Under the pieces are notes generated by a model, which had not been told where the DNA came from, made no database searches, and saw only the letters and a program-made list of their open reading frames with translations. A stretch of DNA of 49,324 nucleotides from Fonticula alba ATCC 38817 (lineage: Eukaryota > Protista > Nucleariida), in NCBI GenBank assembly GCA_000388065.2, contig KB932203.1. One strand, given 5' to 3'. Positions 11,876 through 23,823 of this stretch are shown one piece after another; position 1 is the stretch's first letter, and the number at the start of each line of letters is the position of its first letter. Both the position numbers and the translations under genes were made by a program.

Positions 11876-12282
11876 ACTGATCGTTGGATACGCCGTGCGA
11901 TTGGCCCGGCGCAACAAGTCGAAATCCAGCCTGTGCAAAACTAACCGCGTGGTATTTTTGTCCTGTCCCGTCCTGTCTTGCACGATCATCATTGCGGCCG
12001 CCGCCGCCGCCGCCGCTGCAATTCCCGCCACCACCACCATCGCCTGCAATCTGCCTGGCGAACACAGAAATCAAGGAGTACTGGGATGGCATCCGCGATG
12101 CCTCGGTGGAAGAGGTCCGTGGGTTCCTCTTCCGTGACCGGACAATCCCCTATGCCGATGCTTTCTCCAATCTCAATGATAATGGCACGCCGCGGGCTGG
12201 CGAGCCGATCAGCATCAGCCTCGGCACTGACTCGGCCGGAAACCGCTTGCGTGTTCCGATCAACAAACGTCGCCGCACCTAG
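11331..12282 (+). CDS. GTF2E2: Transcription initiation factor IIE beta subunit-like
   Basis: Exons 11331-11811 and 12068-12282 (GTGCGT..CAG intron containing (TG)n; join ..PVNR|EIKEYW). Pattern LSLEEL..LLENHPLVE..RFSF..LRTGEDLMSFM..GIMREDF..IIFFN..EIKEYWDGI matches recalled TFIIE-beta (LTLDEI..LVNNPKIE..KYAFKP..GILLEDI..ILFFND..EFQKLWRSV). Basic tail KRRRT. Upstream exons are possible. Confidence 0.7.
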
Positions 12283-12636
12283 ACGGCCGCCTGCGTGCGT
12301 ATGTGTCTATGTACCCGCATGACCGTCTGGCTAAACACTGCTTCCCTCAAACTCACCCGTGTACATGTGTGTATGCCTTTTGGTGGGAGGGGGAGGGGGA
12401 AATGGGGGGGTGGGGGGGGGAGGCTGTTCCTTGTTGTTGTTTTTTTCCCCCACGCTCGTGGCTTTCCGGAGGCGGGCGGTGGACGAAGAGAAGAAGGAGG
12501 GGATTTCTGGTATTTGGGTATATTTTCAAGCTCGCACGTGTGCGCGGTGGAGAGTGTACACCAAGGCGAGAGGCACAGCCACCCTCGGGTACACATGCAT
12601 GCGCATCGATCGGCAAGGTGCGCAATGGGGGCTGGC

Positions 12637-13467
12637 TTACAGGAACTTGGAGCCTGATTATACAGGGGCGAGGGGACGGGAAAGGTATGAGGACCGGACA
12701 CACGAGAAGACTGCGGCAACATGATTGACGTACTGCTGGTGCCCTTGTAGCCGTCATCGGCGATGATGCGCAGGCGAACAACGATGCCAAAGAAGAAGCC
12801 GATCGCCTGAATGCCAAGGCAAACATACGTGACGATCTCCGTCACCCGAGGGACCACGGCATCCGGCGACCCGAGCAGAGCCACCAGGAAGCTGTTATCC
12901 GCGCTGTACACTAGGACCTTGGTACGGACCAAGATCACCAGAATGCCCATCACCGTCCAAATGAAACACCAGAAGATGTACTGCACGGTCGTGTGTGTGT
13001 GTGTGTGTGTGCGTGTGCGTGCGTGCGCGTGCGCGTGCATTCAGCCGCACAGGGTGAAGGAAAAGGTGGAGATGAGTGATGGTGGGGCAACAAAGAGGAG
13101 GCAGGCGAGAAGTGCGTGCTGAATACGCACCACCAGCATGATCGACGCCGGCCACGACCGGCCGGACTTATGGCGAGTGGCCGCAAAGAGAGCCAGGATG
13201 GGGAAGAGCAGGTCAATGAGCCCCAGGTAGGCCAGGCGATTCTCCGGCACCAAGCCGGCCGTGACATTGAACAGAACCATGAACTACATGCGCGCAGAAG
13301 TGGTCGGACGAGGGTGCACGTGCAGGGACAGGGCCAAGAGGGGGGTATGTCAGCGCGGGTGATGCGTCACAAAAGCAAGGATGTCCCGGTGAAGCTGTGG
13401 CGCAGCGTACGATCTGGACGCAGAGGAGCACCACGAAGGGCAGGATGAGGCCGAGATTCACGGCCAT
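12637..13467 (-). CDS. Small four-transmembrane protein (~157 aa), NKAIN-like by eye
   Basis: Phase-consistent exons 13467-13411, 13283-13131, 12980-12734, 12653-12637, giving MAVNLGLILPFVVLLCVQI|FMVLFNV..PILALFAATRHKSG..IMLV|YIFWCFIWTVMGILVILV..IVTYVCLGIQAIGFFFGIVVRL..GYKGTS|SSKFL*. Four hydrophobic segments. Confidence 0.75.
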
Positions 13468-14808
13468 GGCTGCGGGGAGGGAGAGGCACACGCGCGAGTG
13501 GGATGGAGCACCTTTCGCGGAGGAGAGAGGGGGCGGGGGAGAAAGGGAGGGGGAGGGAGAGGGAAAGAAGAAAGGAGGGGGGCCGGGCAGTGGGGAGGGG
13601 GGGGGGGAGAAGAACAATACGGTTCAGGTGAGTCCTGGCCATCTGCAAGGACGAGGGCTTTTCACGCCCGCCCTCCCACGACGCCGAAACCTATTGAGCG
13701 GCGCGAAACACCGCGTCCGGCAATCGGCCGGAGGCAAGCAGGGGGCATTATTGGCCGAAGCATCTCTCCCGAGAAAAGTCGAAAAACCCCCCCCCCCCCC
13801 CCCCCGCCTCGCTCGAGACGCTCGCGCGCGCTCGTCGTTCCCTCCCGTTGGGAGTCTCCCGGACCAGCGAGGTGCGACCAGCCCGCTGGAAGCCAGACCC
13901 GGGGGAGTACAGTGTGCTCCGATCTGCACACACACACACACACCCGCACCCGCACCCGCACCCGCACCAGCGCCCTGGGGCCCCCGGGAAGGGCAAGGGC
14001 GAGCTGGCTCGGGAATCACGAAAACGCCGGGAGTCTTCTGCCCGACTCTGACTCAGGCGTCCGCGGCGGCGCGGGAAAGGCCACTCTCGTTCTCCCCCCC
14101 CCCGGGGGGGGGGGGAATGAGAAGAGAACCCGAGCTGGCGGTCGTCGGGAATTCAGTTCTTAATCTTCCCCGTGATTAAAGGGGGGCGTGACACCATTGG
14201 AATCCGGCCCCAGGGACAACAGGCCCGCCTCTGCCACCACTTGAGGTAGTTCCCCCCCCCCCCGCCACCCGCCTCACATCCTCCCCGTGCATCTGTTTCC
14301 CTTTCCCTCCCCCCCCCTCCTGGCTTCCTGCCCCGTTCCCCCATATTGCGCTGCCTGTGCGCGGACATGCCAGGTGCACCACCCTCACAGGGTGCGCCAC
14401 CCTTGTCTTGGCCCTCTCGCACATCGGCGCTCTATCTCTGCCTGGTCTCCTCGCGCTGATCTCTCTCTCTCTCGCTGCTTATGGGACGGGGGATCTCTCT
14501 CTCTCTCTCGCTCACACGCGACTCAATGTCTATACACAAGGTGCAAATGAGGCCCAGGGAGAGGGGTGTGTGTGGAGGGAAAGGGGAAAAGGGAAGCAAG
14601 GACAAAAATGAAAAACGAGCAACAGGGCGTTAGTAGCAACGGAAGGCACGGCAGCGCGGCAACTCGCAAGCCGAGAAGGCAGGAGAGGAACAGAGTCAGA
14701 GGAAGAGGGGAGGGAACGACAGACACGGGCGAGTTGCCCTGTCGCGTCCGTCCCCCCGACTGGAGGGGGGGGGGGGGGCACAGACACACGCACGCACGCA
14801 CGCACGCC

Positions 14809-14846
14809 CGCATGCGCATGCGCATGCGCATGCGCATGCGCATGCG
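14809..14846. repeat. Self-complementary hexamer array (CATGCG)6
   Basis: Directly visible, next to (GCAC)n; downstream of the zinc-finger stop codon. Confidence 0.95.
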
Positions 14847-14957
14847 GGCGGCGCGCGGACGCGCAGTGACGCAGAGCCACGGAGGGGAGTTTTGCCGCTC
14901 CTCGTGACTCTCTGCACCACACATCGTGCAGACACCGCGGCGGCGCGTGGCGCGCCC

Positions 14958-16389
14958 CTACTCAACCTCGCTGTCGGAGAGGGGGTTTCCGGATGCCACG
15001 TCCGAGGAGGATGCCTCCTCGTCCTCCCCCTCGAGCGAGGACAGGACATCGTCGCCGGGGCCGGCGCGGCTGGCCGTCGCGGCAATGGCAGCCGTATGCT
15101 GCTGCACACGCTGAATGAAGGCCTTGGCTTCTTCGGCCTCGCCGACCTCCGGCTCGATGCGCGACAGCTCCGGCGAGAAGGGCACATTCAGACCGTCCCG
15201 GCGGTGGCGCAGGATGTGCCGACGCAGGGTGTCCGTATACTTGAAGGAGTTCCCGCAGTTGGGCACCGGGCACTTGAAGGTCCGGGCACCGGTGTGCGTC
15301 AGGTAGTGCCGGAGAAGGTGATGCCGGCGCTTGAAGGCCGCCGAGCACACCAGACACCGGTACGGCTTGTGGTCCACATGCAGAGCCCGGTGCCGGGATA
15401 GCTGTGTCGCCGTGCGGAAGGCCTTGTGGCAGGGCCGTGGCGGGGCTGGCTGCTCATTGTCATCGAGATTCTCCTCGTCGTCCACATCGACAAAGTCACA
15501 CACGAATGGCCGCTCGCCGGTGTGAATGCGCATATGCTCCAAGAAGCCGCGCCGCTTGGAGAAGGACCGATTGCACAGGGTACACGTGGTGTTGGCCATA
15601 TTCCCCTGGTCCACCTGCTGCACAAGGTCGATGGTGGAGATGTGCGGGTGGGAGGGCGCGTCCTCGCGCCGACCGGGCGAAGGGGACCGGCTGCCATCAC
15701 CAAGCAGGGGGGGGCTGGCCCCGGCCACCGCCGCCGTGGCCGCCCTGGCCGCCGTGTCCCCCGCGACCGTCCGGCCTGCTGTTGTCGGGGAAAGACGTCG
15801 CCGCTGGCGTGTGGGTTCATTTTTGCCCGCATGCCGAGAGGCAGTCGTCGCATTCGTCGCCGCCGCCGCCGCCGTGGCCGCCACCGCCGGCCGGGCACGC
15901 TTGCCGGTGGGGGCAGCAGCTCCCCCAGAGGGGCCCAGCGAGGTGACCACCGTGGCATCAGCCCCGGCCAGGCTGTTGGCTGCCTGTGCCAGAAGCTGCA
16001 TCGTGGTGTGAGCCGGGACCGGGCCCGGAGCTGTTGCTGCTGGGGCGGCGGCAGCGACGGCAGCAGGGGTCGAGTGGGCACCCTGACTTGAATCAGGGGC
16101 CGGCTGCTGGGCAGTATCATCCCCGGCAGATGCAACATTGCTTGGGTCCCCGGTCAAGGGGAAATTGTTGGACGCACCAGTGCCACTGGCACTGGGGTTG
16201 TGCATGGCCAGGGACTGGTCGAGCGGCGTGGCCAGCAACCACTGCATTGACTGGTTGTAGTCGAACAGAGCACCAGGGACAAGGTGGGCCCCGCCGCCGG
16301 CCACCAAAGCCAGGCCCTCACTCAATGTGGTCGACACCTGACTGCCAAGAGCATGCCCATGGGCATGGGGGGACCCGTGCGAGTAGACC

Positions 16390-16422
<33 letters not shown>

Positions 16423-18424
16423 AGGGAGTGGTGCTGTGTCATCAGGTGCTGCAAGTGCTGCGGCGGTTGCTCCGACTGCGGAGGATGTGCCGGCGCCTGC
16501 CCCGAGTGCCCAGCCGCCGGCGTGCCATACGCAAAGTGGTACGGGTGGTGCAGCTGGTGATGATGATGATGCTGCTGCTGCTGATGATGATGATGATGGA
16601 AGGCGCCACTGGCGGTGAGTGGTGTCCCGCCACCGGCAGCGCCAGCATCCCCACCGAGCGCCGGGTACCCGCCATTGTGGGGGTGGTGGGCAGCCGACAT
16701 GGACGCGGCCCCGGCAGGCCCAGGGTCTTCCCCGCCGGCCGACGAGTGATGGAGCGCAGGGGGATCAGCCGACTGCACCGCCGACGAGTCGAGCCCTCCC
16801 ACGGGCAGGGAGAACTGCGGCAAGAACACCGGCGACTGGCCGCCACCCAGTCCGAAGCCGCCGACTGGCGGGGCAAACATGGGGTACGAATGGTCCGAGG
16901 GAACCGGCGACACGGACATACGCCGGTAGTGGCGGATCATGTCATCGTCCGAGGCGCCGGCCGCCTGGTCTGCCTCGGCCCCACCGCCATCCGGCAGCCG
17001 GAGAACATCCGCGAAGCCATGGGCATTCTGGGACTGGTGATGCGAGCCCCCACCAGTGAGGCTGGTATCCAAGGAGGAGCCAGGGGCCGCGGCGTCGGGG
17101 GATCTGACCTGACCGGCTGCTGCTGCTGCTGCTGCTGCTTCGTCGAAGAGGCCACCCTCGGCGGCGGATGCATCCAGGAGAACTGGCCGCCGGCCGGGTG
17201 ACGCACTGCCCGAGTCGTGGAAACCCCCCGCCGGGTGATGGGGATGATGGGGCGAGTGCGGATGGTGGTGGGAATGGTGGTGGTGGTGGTGGTGGTGGTG
17301 GAAGGGACCCCCCGCCAAGCCCGACCCCGACCCCGATCCCGACGCGCTCGAGGAGGCACTAAGGCCGGAGGAAGATTGATGGGACGGATGGGAGTGGTGG
17401 AAGGAGCTGGCCAGAGGGGAGGAGGTGGCCATCAGGGCTCGGATGGTCGGCAAGTCCCCAATCAGCGACGATGAGGAAGGGTAGCTGCCATGGGACGCTG
17501 GCCCCCCGTGCGGCGACTGCCCAGGCCCGCCAGTCAGGAGGAAGGAGTCGCGCCGCCGAGGAGGCTGTGTGCACAGGTACCCCGATGCGGTGAAGTGCTC
17601 GGGCAGACTGCCGGAGCTCGATGGCGACCCCGGGGCAAGAGCCGAGCCGGAGGCCCCAGTCGCGGTGGCAGAGCGCTCATCCGAAGCCGCTGGCAGCCCC
17701 GCCGTCGCCAGTCCGGTCAGCGTGGCGCCCTGTGGGTGCTGCTGCTCGCGCGGCGGCGGCACCGCACCGGCATCACGAGCAGCGTACTCCGGCGATCCGG
17801 AGGGAGGACGCCCGGCCGACAAGTAGGGCAGAGCCGGACTGGCCGCCGACTGGCCATGCATCGAAGCAGCCGCCTCGCCAACAGCCGCGAACCGGCTACC
17901 TGACTGACCAGTGAGCGCCACTCGCACTGAGACCAGATGCGAGGCCAGTAGCTGAGCGGTATCGAGCGGCGCATCGGTGGTGGCAATCTGTGTGACATAC
18001 ATCGGAGAGGAGACGGGGATAGGTAGAGAGGTGGGGAAAGATGGGGGAAGAGAGAGAGGGGGGGGGGGGAGAGAGATGGATAAGGGGTGAGTGTCATTCT
18101 AGGGGAGGGGGAGATGAAAACGAGGGGTAGCATCCAAGCGCAAACACCGACGACGCACCGTCTCAATTGGCAGAGTGGCCTCCTGCTGCATGGTCACCAG
18201 GGACCCTGCCGGAGTGAGAAAGGCGAAATCCGTCCCGAGAGCAGCAGATCCCGGCTGGATGTGTGGGGGAAGGAGATGCCCGGCCCCGGCGGCCGCGGCG
18301 GCCGCGGCCAAGTCAAAACCTGAGGCGGCAATCTGCTCACGCAACGTCGTCAGAAGTGAGGCGTTCGTGGCAAACACGCTACCCAGGCTGAAGGCTGGCG
18401 GATGGGCGGAGGAGAGCTGCTGCG

Positions 18425-18470
<46 letters not shown>

Positions 18471-19172
18471 GTGATGATGCCCGGAGCCGGACTCCATGGG
18501 GCCGGCCGGAAACTCCAGCTGTACAAGCACCTCGTACAGATGTGGCACGCTGGTCAGACGCAGGCGGTAGATGGCCGTCCCGGTGGCCGGGAGATAGCGC
18601 GGGACGACAGCGGAAATGGTGGAAAGGGAAGCCCCCGCCATGGCAGCCACCGTGGCGGCGCCAGCACTGCCGGAGACGAGGGGTGACGACGGGGCCGTCT
18701 GATGCGAGGCGGGGTGCTGGTGCGGCAGCTGCGAGTGGTGGGAGAAGGAACTTCCGGAGACTGGGGTCGAGCGTCGCGAGCTGGCCGCCGATGGGACGTC
18801 GGACCCGAAAAAGCCGCCACCCGGTGACGACGCTGGATGCTGCTGCGATGCGAAGGGCATCGGCGAGGGGGGAACACTCGGCCCAAGAAGGGGAGAGGCG
18901 GTGCCCGATCCAGGGTGAAGAGGTGCCGAGGCCGCCAGCGAGGGGCCGAGCAACAGCGGGGCCCCGGTGTCAGGGTTCAACTGGTGCGGGAACCGCTGCG
19001 AGGGAAAGTGCGATTGGCTCACATGCTGGGGATGATGATGTTGTGCCTGGTGCTGTGATGGGTGCTGTGATGAGTGCTGTAGAAGTGGCGACGACTGATA
19101 CTGGGGTGCTCGTGGGTGATATTGCTGCTGCTGCTGCTGCTGCTGCTGTTGTTGTTGTTGTTGTTGTTGCTG

Positions 19173-19204
<32 letters not shown>

Positions 19205-19654
19205 ACTGCTGTGACTGCTGCGACTGCTGCGACTGCTGCGACTGCTGCGATTGCTGCGATTGCTGGTACTGTTGCGACTGGAAGTGCTGGAAGGTTGAAG
19301 GTGCTTGCTGCCGGGCGGCGGCGGATACCATGGCCGAGGAGGCGTGATGGCGCGCGTGGTGGTGTGTGTGGAAGCCATCGCGAGCTGCTTGCTGCTGCGA
19401 CGGCGGTGGTGGATAGTGCGATGGGGGAGCCAGAGCTGGCGAAGTAGACCGCGGCGAGGGGGCCGCTGAAGCACTCGGAGTCGACCGAGCCGATGATGAC
19501 CGAGGCGAGTCAACCGGGTGGCTGGTGTCCCGCCGGCTGGACGCCATCAGTGACGGGCCAATAAGTAGCGAGGGAGAGCTGGTGTCAGTGACGGCCCGGT
19601 CGCGCGAGTGCCTGCGCCGATCTCCAGGCGACTCCTGTTGCAGGTGGTGCTGCT

Positions 19655-19687
<33 letters not shown>
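14958..19687 (-). CDS. PolyQ/polyH-rich C2H2 zinc-finger transcription factor (4 C-terminal fingers); 5' end lost in the gap
   Basis: Exons <=19687-18159 and 17987-14958 join in phase (..LPIET|IATTD..). Fingers: CTLC..HMRIH-TGERPF, VC(x22)C..HRALH, YRCLVC..HYLTH-TGARTF, CPVPNC..HILRH. The reading frame runs into the N-gap 19688-20272. Confidence 0.9.
19122..19265 (-). repeat. CAG/CAA polyglutamine and (QQS)n coding repeat
   Basis: (CTG/TTG)n and CTGCTGCGA units on +. Further polyQ runs lie at 16391-16422, 18420-18468 and 19640-19687 (at the gap edge). Confidence 0.9.
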
Positions 19688-20272
19688 NNNNNNNNNNNNN
19701 NNNNNNNNNNNNNNNNNNNNNNNNNNNNNNNNNNNNNNNNNNNNNNNNNNNNNNNNNNNNNNNNNNNNNNNNNNNNNNNNNNNNNNNNNNNNNNNNNNNN
19801 NNNNNNNNNNNNNNNNNNNNNNNNNNNNNNNNNNNNNNNNNNNNNNNNNNNNNNNNNNNNNNNNNNNNNNNNNNNNNNNNNNNNNNNNNNNNNNNNNNNN
19901 NNNNNNNNNNNNNNNNNNNNNNNNNNNNNNNNNNNNNNNNNNNNNNNNNNNNNNNNNNNNNNNNNNNNNNNNNNNNNNNNNNNNNNNNNNNNNNNNNNNN
20001 NNNNNNNNNNNNNNNNNNNNNNNNNNNNNNNNNNNNNNNNNNNNNNNNNNNNNNNNNNNNNNNNNNNNNNNNNNNNNNNNNNNNNNNNNNNNNNNNNNNN
20101 NNNNNNNNNNNNNNNNNNNNNNNNNNNNNNNNNNNNNNNNNNNNNNNNNNNNNNNNNNNNNNNNNNNNNNNNNNNNNNNNNNNNNNNNNNNNNNNNNNNN
20201 NNNNNNNNNNNNNNNNNNNNNNNNNNNNNNNNNNNNNNNNNNNNNNNNNNNNNNNNNNNNNNNNNNNNNNNN
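19688..20272. other. Assembly gap (one of nine N-runs: 6293, 6827, 10848, 19688, 23999, 24519, 40649, 41502, 43296)
   Basis: N-runs, mostly flanked by poly-C/G or tandem repeats. Confidence 1.
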
Positions 20273-22737
20273 GGGGGGGGAAAGGAAGAGGGGACACTTG
20301 GGGTCGGCGCTCACGACACGGATGATCTTCAGATCTTGGGGCGGCAGGCGGACAGGTGTGAGAGGTGGCCATGGCGAGGGCGACGATGGTGACAACGGCA
20401 GCGGCAAGAAGAGGGAGGGGGAATGGGGCGCACGGGCATCAGGAGACCATATCAGGTGGCGGCGAGAGGGGGGGGGGGGGGGGGAGATTGGTGGGGGACC
20501 AATGCCGAGCCGGAGCGTGCGGCCGGGGACCGGGCAGCGGTGGCCGAAAAGGTGCCAAGCGGGGCGCCGGCGATGACAGGCAACTGACCGGGGCCAGAGA
20601 AGCAGGTCGTCTGGGGGGGGGGGCGGGGCGGGGATGGCGAGGGGGCGAAGAGGGCGGCGCAGCGGGCTAAGGGAGGCAGAAGAGGCAGGGGAGGGACGCG
20701 GGAAGGCGCGGGGAGAGCGCCCGCGGCGGGGGGGGAACAGACGCGGCGTGAGCCGGTCCCGGACCCTTCCCCGGTCAGCGGGCCACCCCATGAGCATGCC
20801 TCCGGGAGCCGGTCGTTGCACACTGGCCCGCCTGCCGGCCAGCCAGCCGGCCGGCCGGCCAGCCAGCCAGCCAGCCCATCCTCAGGCCTCAGGCGGTCGT
20901 CCGTCGTCTGGCACTGCGTGAGTTGGGGGGGTGGGGGGGAGGGGCGGCACGCCTCCCCCGGGCCGCTTTGCCCCCCTCCCCCTCCCCCCTTCCCCCACGG
21001 CCCTCCCTACGCATCAGCCCATGCAATCCTGGGAGAGGGGAGAGGAAAGGGGAGCACGGACACGCGACCGACGGCCATGTGCGACATCAGAAGCCCCCCT
21101 CCCAGAGGCCAGGGGCGGCAGACGGAGGCTCGCGCGCAGCGGCCGGGCTCTGCGCGTGCGTATGTCCGGCCATTACCGCACACAGAGAGAGAGAGAGAGA
21201 AACCAACGCGGGGGGGGGGGGATCCTTGCTTCCGCAGGGCCTGTCCTCATCACAACGGGGGGCCAGCCCGCGAGGCCCCAGCGCCAGGAAGGGGTGAAAG
21301 TGGGAACAATAATAATAGCCTCTTTTTTGTTTGCCCGCTTCTCCTTCTCGCTTAGGTGCTTTCACCCAGGACCAATCCCCCGCATGGTATAGCCTGCCCA
21401 GTTGGTTAGGGGCACAGCAAAGACGCATCCTCCACCCTGGCCCAGGTGGGAAGCCCAGACCAAGAACGCCCGTTGGGGAGGGCGAGAGCCGGGAGGGCGA
21501 GGTGGGGGCCGCTCGCTAGCGCGCACGCAGGACCGCAGACCGATCAACCATGCCCGGGCCTTCGCCGCCTGCCGGGGTCCTGTTGGCGAGACGGACGAAA
21601 GCAAGGGGGCAACCAGACTCCGGGCCTCCGGGGCCCCGCCCCGCCACGCCACGCCACGCCACGCCGGCCGGCACCGTGTGGTCGATCAATTTTCCGATCT
21701 GGCGTTCTGGGGCCGCGCACATTTGGCGGAAGCCAGGAATACACCCCTACGCACGCATGGGCTCGCGCCCGCGAGGCCCGGGCCGAGAGCGGGGGGCATC
21801 GTCGACGCCCCCTTCGCCGCTGGGGCGCCACGAGCACCCCCCGCTCCCCGACGCCAGTCATGTCCCTTCGGCCGGATGAGAGCCCCCCCCCGGCCCCGAC
21901 CGCCGGGTGCCCTGCAACGCAGGCCCCGCTTCTGGCCGGTATTTCTCCCACGTTCATCGACCGAAGGAGGTGCCCTCTCGGGAGGAACGGCTCAGCTGCC
22001 CTGCCCCCCGCCCCTCCCCTGCCCGAGACGCCCCCAGAGATTCGCGACCACTTCGGGCGGCAACCCCCCCCCCCCTCCCCGACGTCGCGGGAGATCGCCC
22101 GCCGGGGATGTGTGCGGCGCGTCCGTCTCCCCCCCCCCCCCCGGCCCTTGCGTCAAGGCCGTGCGCGGTGTGCGCGACCAATCAGAGGACATGCCCGACC
22201 CCCGCGCCGCCGCCACCGCCGTCGCCGCGCAGGCGGCCCGCCCGGCGCACGACCGCCCTGATCGCCCAGCTCGCTGTTCCCAGGCTGCTGGGCACCCCGG
22301 CCGGCAGGCAGCGACCCGGCCCCGGCGCCGGCCTAGGCCAAGGGCCGGCTCACGCGAGCCCGCCCAGCCGCCCGTGGCCGAGGACCACGCCCTGGGAGCC
22401 GCGTGTGTCCCCCGCACCCAGGGCGGCGGTATGCACAACACAGGACGCGCCAGGCGCGCCACGCCGCGGCCGCCAAGCATTCTCCCCGGTCCGCGGGCCC
22501 AGCCTGGGACGAGGGAGGGCAAGGGGGCGGGGGGTCGCATGCATGACCCCGACCTCTCGCTCTCACCAACTGGGGAGCGTCCCCTCGAGGTCGGGGTCAG
22601 GCCACGCGATGCCTGAGGGGGTATACCCCGACACGCGTTCAATGTCACCTGATAATCAAAACAAAGTACGCGAGTACTATTGTATTCTACAAAGGGAGAT
22701 TGTGGTTTGGGCGCGGCCAGCCGCGTCGGGGCTCTGG

Positions 22738-22996
22738 CTAACCATGGTGGGGGCGGTGGTGGTGGTGTAGGATGTGGTGGAAATGGTGCTGCGGCTGCGG
22801 CTGCGGCTGATGGCCATGGGAAGAAGAGGAGGAGGAGGAGGAGGAGGCATGCGGATGTGCATATACCGCATGGGGGGCCTGTGCCGGCTGAGACGCCGTC
22901 TGAGGCACTTGCTGAACCTGGGACTCCTGTGGCTCCGGCAGAGGCTGGGGGCCCGAGGGAGGGAGTGTCTCTGCTGACGTTGTTGTCGTGGTCGGA

Positions 22997-23031
<35 letters not shown>

Positions 23032-23823
23032 TGCCTCTGCCGCCTGAGCGGCCTCCTGCTCGGCCGCCAGGGCCGCCAGCTGGGCACGGCTCATGAAGCG
23101 CCCACCGCTCGAGCGTGGCCGCGACACCGCATGCGTATGCCGGCTCCGATGGAGAAAGGGCCCACGCCGACCGGGGGCCCGTGCCCCCGTGCCCAAGGAC
23201 CCGACGCCGGCGCCGGTCGCGCCAGCAGGCCCCCCAACACCGAACCCATTCTCCTCGGACCCGCCGGCACCGACTATCCCCCCGAGCAGTACATCGGGCG
23301 TGGCGCCGGTCGAGGAGGCCACCGCGCTTAGCAGGACCCCAGAGGGAAGCCCGGCCAGTGCCTCGGCCGCTGCCTTGAAGGACTGGGGCGGTTGGCGAAC
23401 GGTGCACGCGTCGCGCACCCCGCCGGGTTGCTGCAAAATGGCTTGGGCAAGCTGAATGCGCAGGTTCAAGCGGGCTCGAGTCTCCCGCCGCCGGAGGATG
23501 CGCTGATACTGCTTGGCATTGACGTAGACCACCTCGCTGGGACTTGTGCCGGTGGGAGGGGACCCTACATCGGCGTTTCCCCCGGCCGGGGGCGCCGCCG
23601 GTGCTGGCTCGCCCGATGGCGGATCAGAGCCTGGCCCAGGAGCCCGGCGTCCCGGGTGTCCAGATGCGCCTGGCACTCCGGGCTCCTGGCCAGCAGGAAG
23701 CCCGGCAGTGGCAGCGGCACCGGCGTCGGCGCCAAAGTGCAGGAGGATCGCCGCGTCGCCCGGGGGAATGCTACTCGGGGGGAGGGGAGGACCGCGGGAG
23801 CGACCACTCATCACCGGGATCAT
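22738..23823 (-). CDS. NFYA: CCAAT-binding factor subunit NF-YA/HAP2/CBF-B; 5' end uncertain
   Basis: A1 helix VYVNAKQYQRILRRRETRARL and A2 DNA-binding segment FLHRSRHTHAVSRPRSSGGRF (cf. YVNAKQYHRILKRR.ARAKL and YLHESRH.HAM.R.RG.GGRF). Confidence 0.9.

Noticed and set aside
20273-20830. Candidate 5' exons of the zinc-finger gene (e.g. DLKIIRVVSADPK)
   Set aside because: Splice-like signals are present, but the phase cannot be tested across the 585-N gap.
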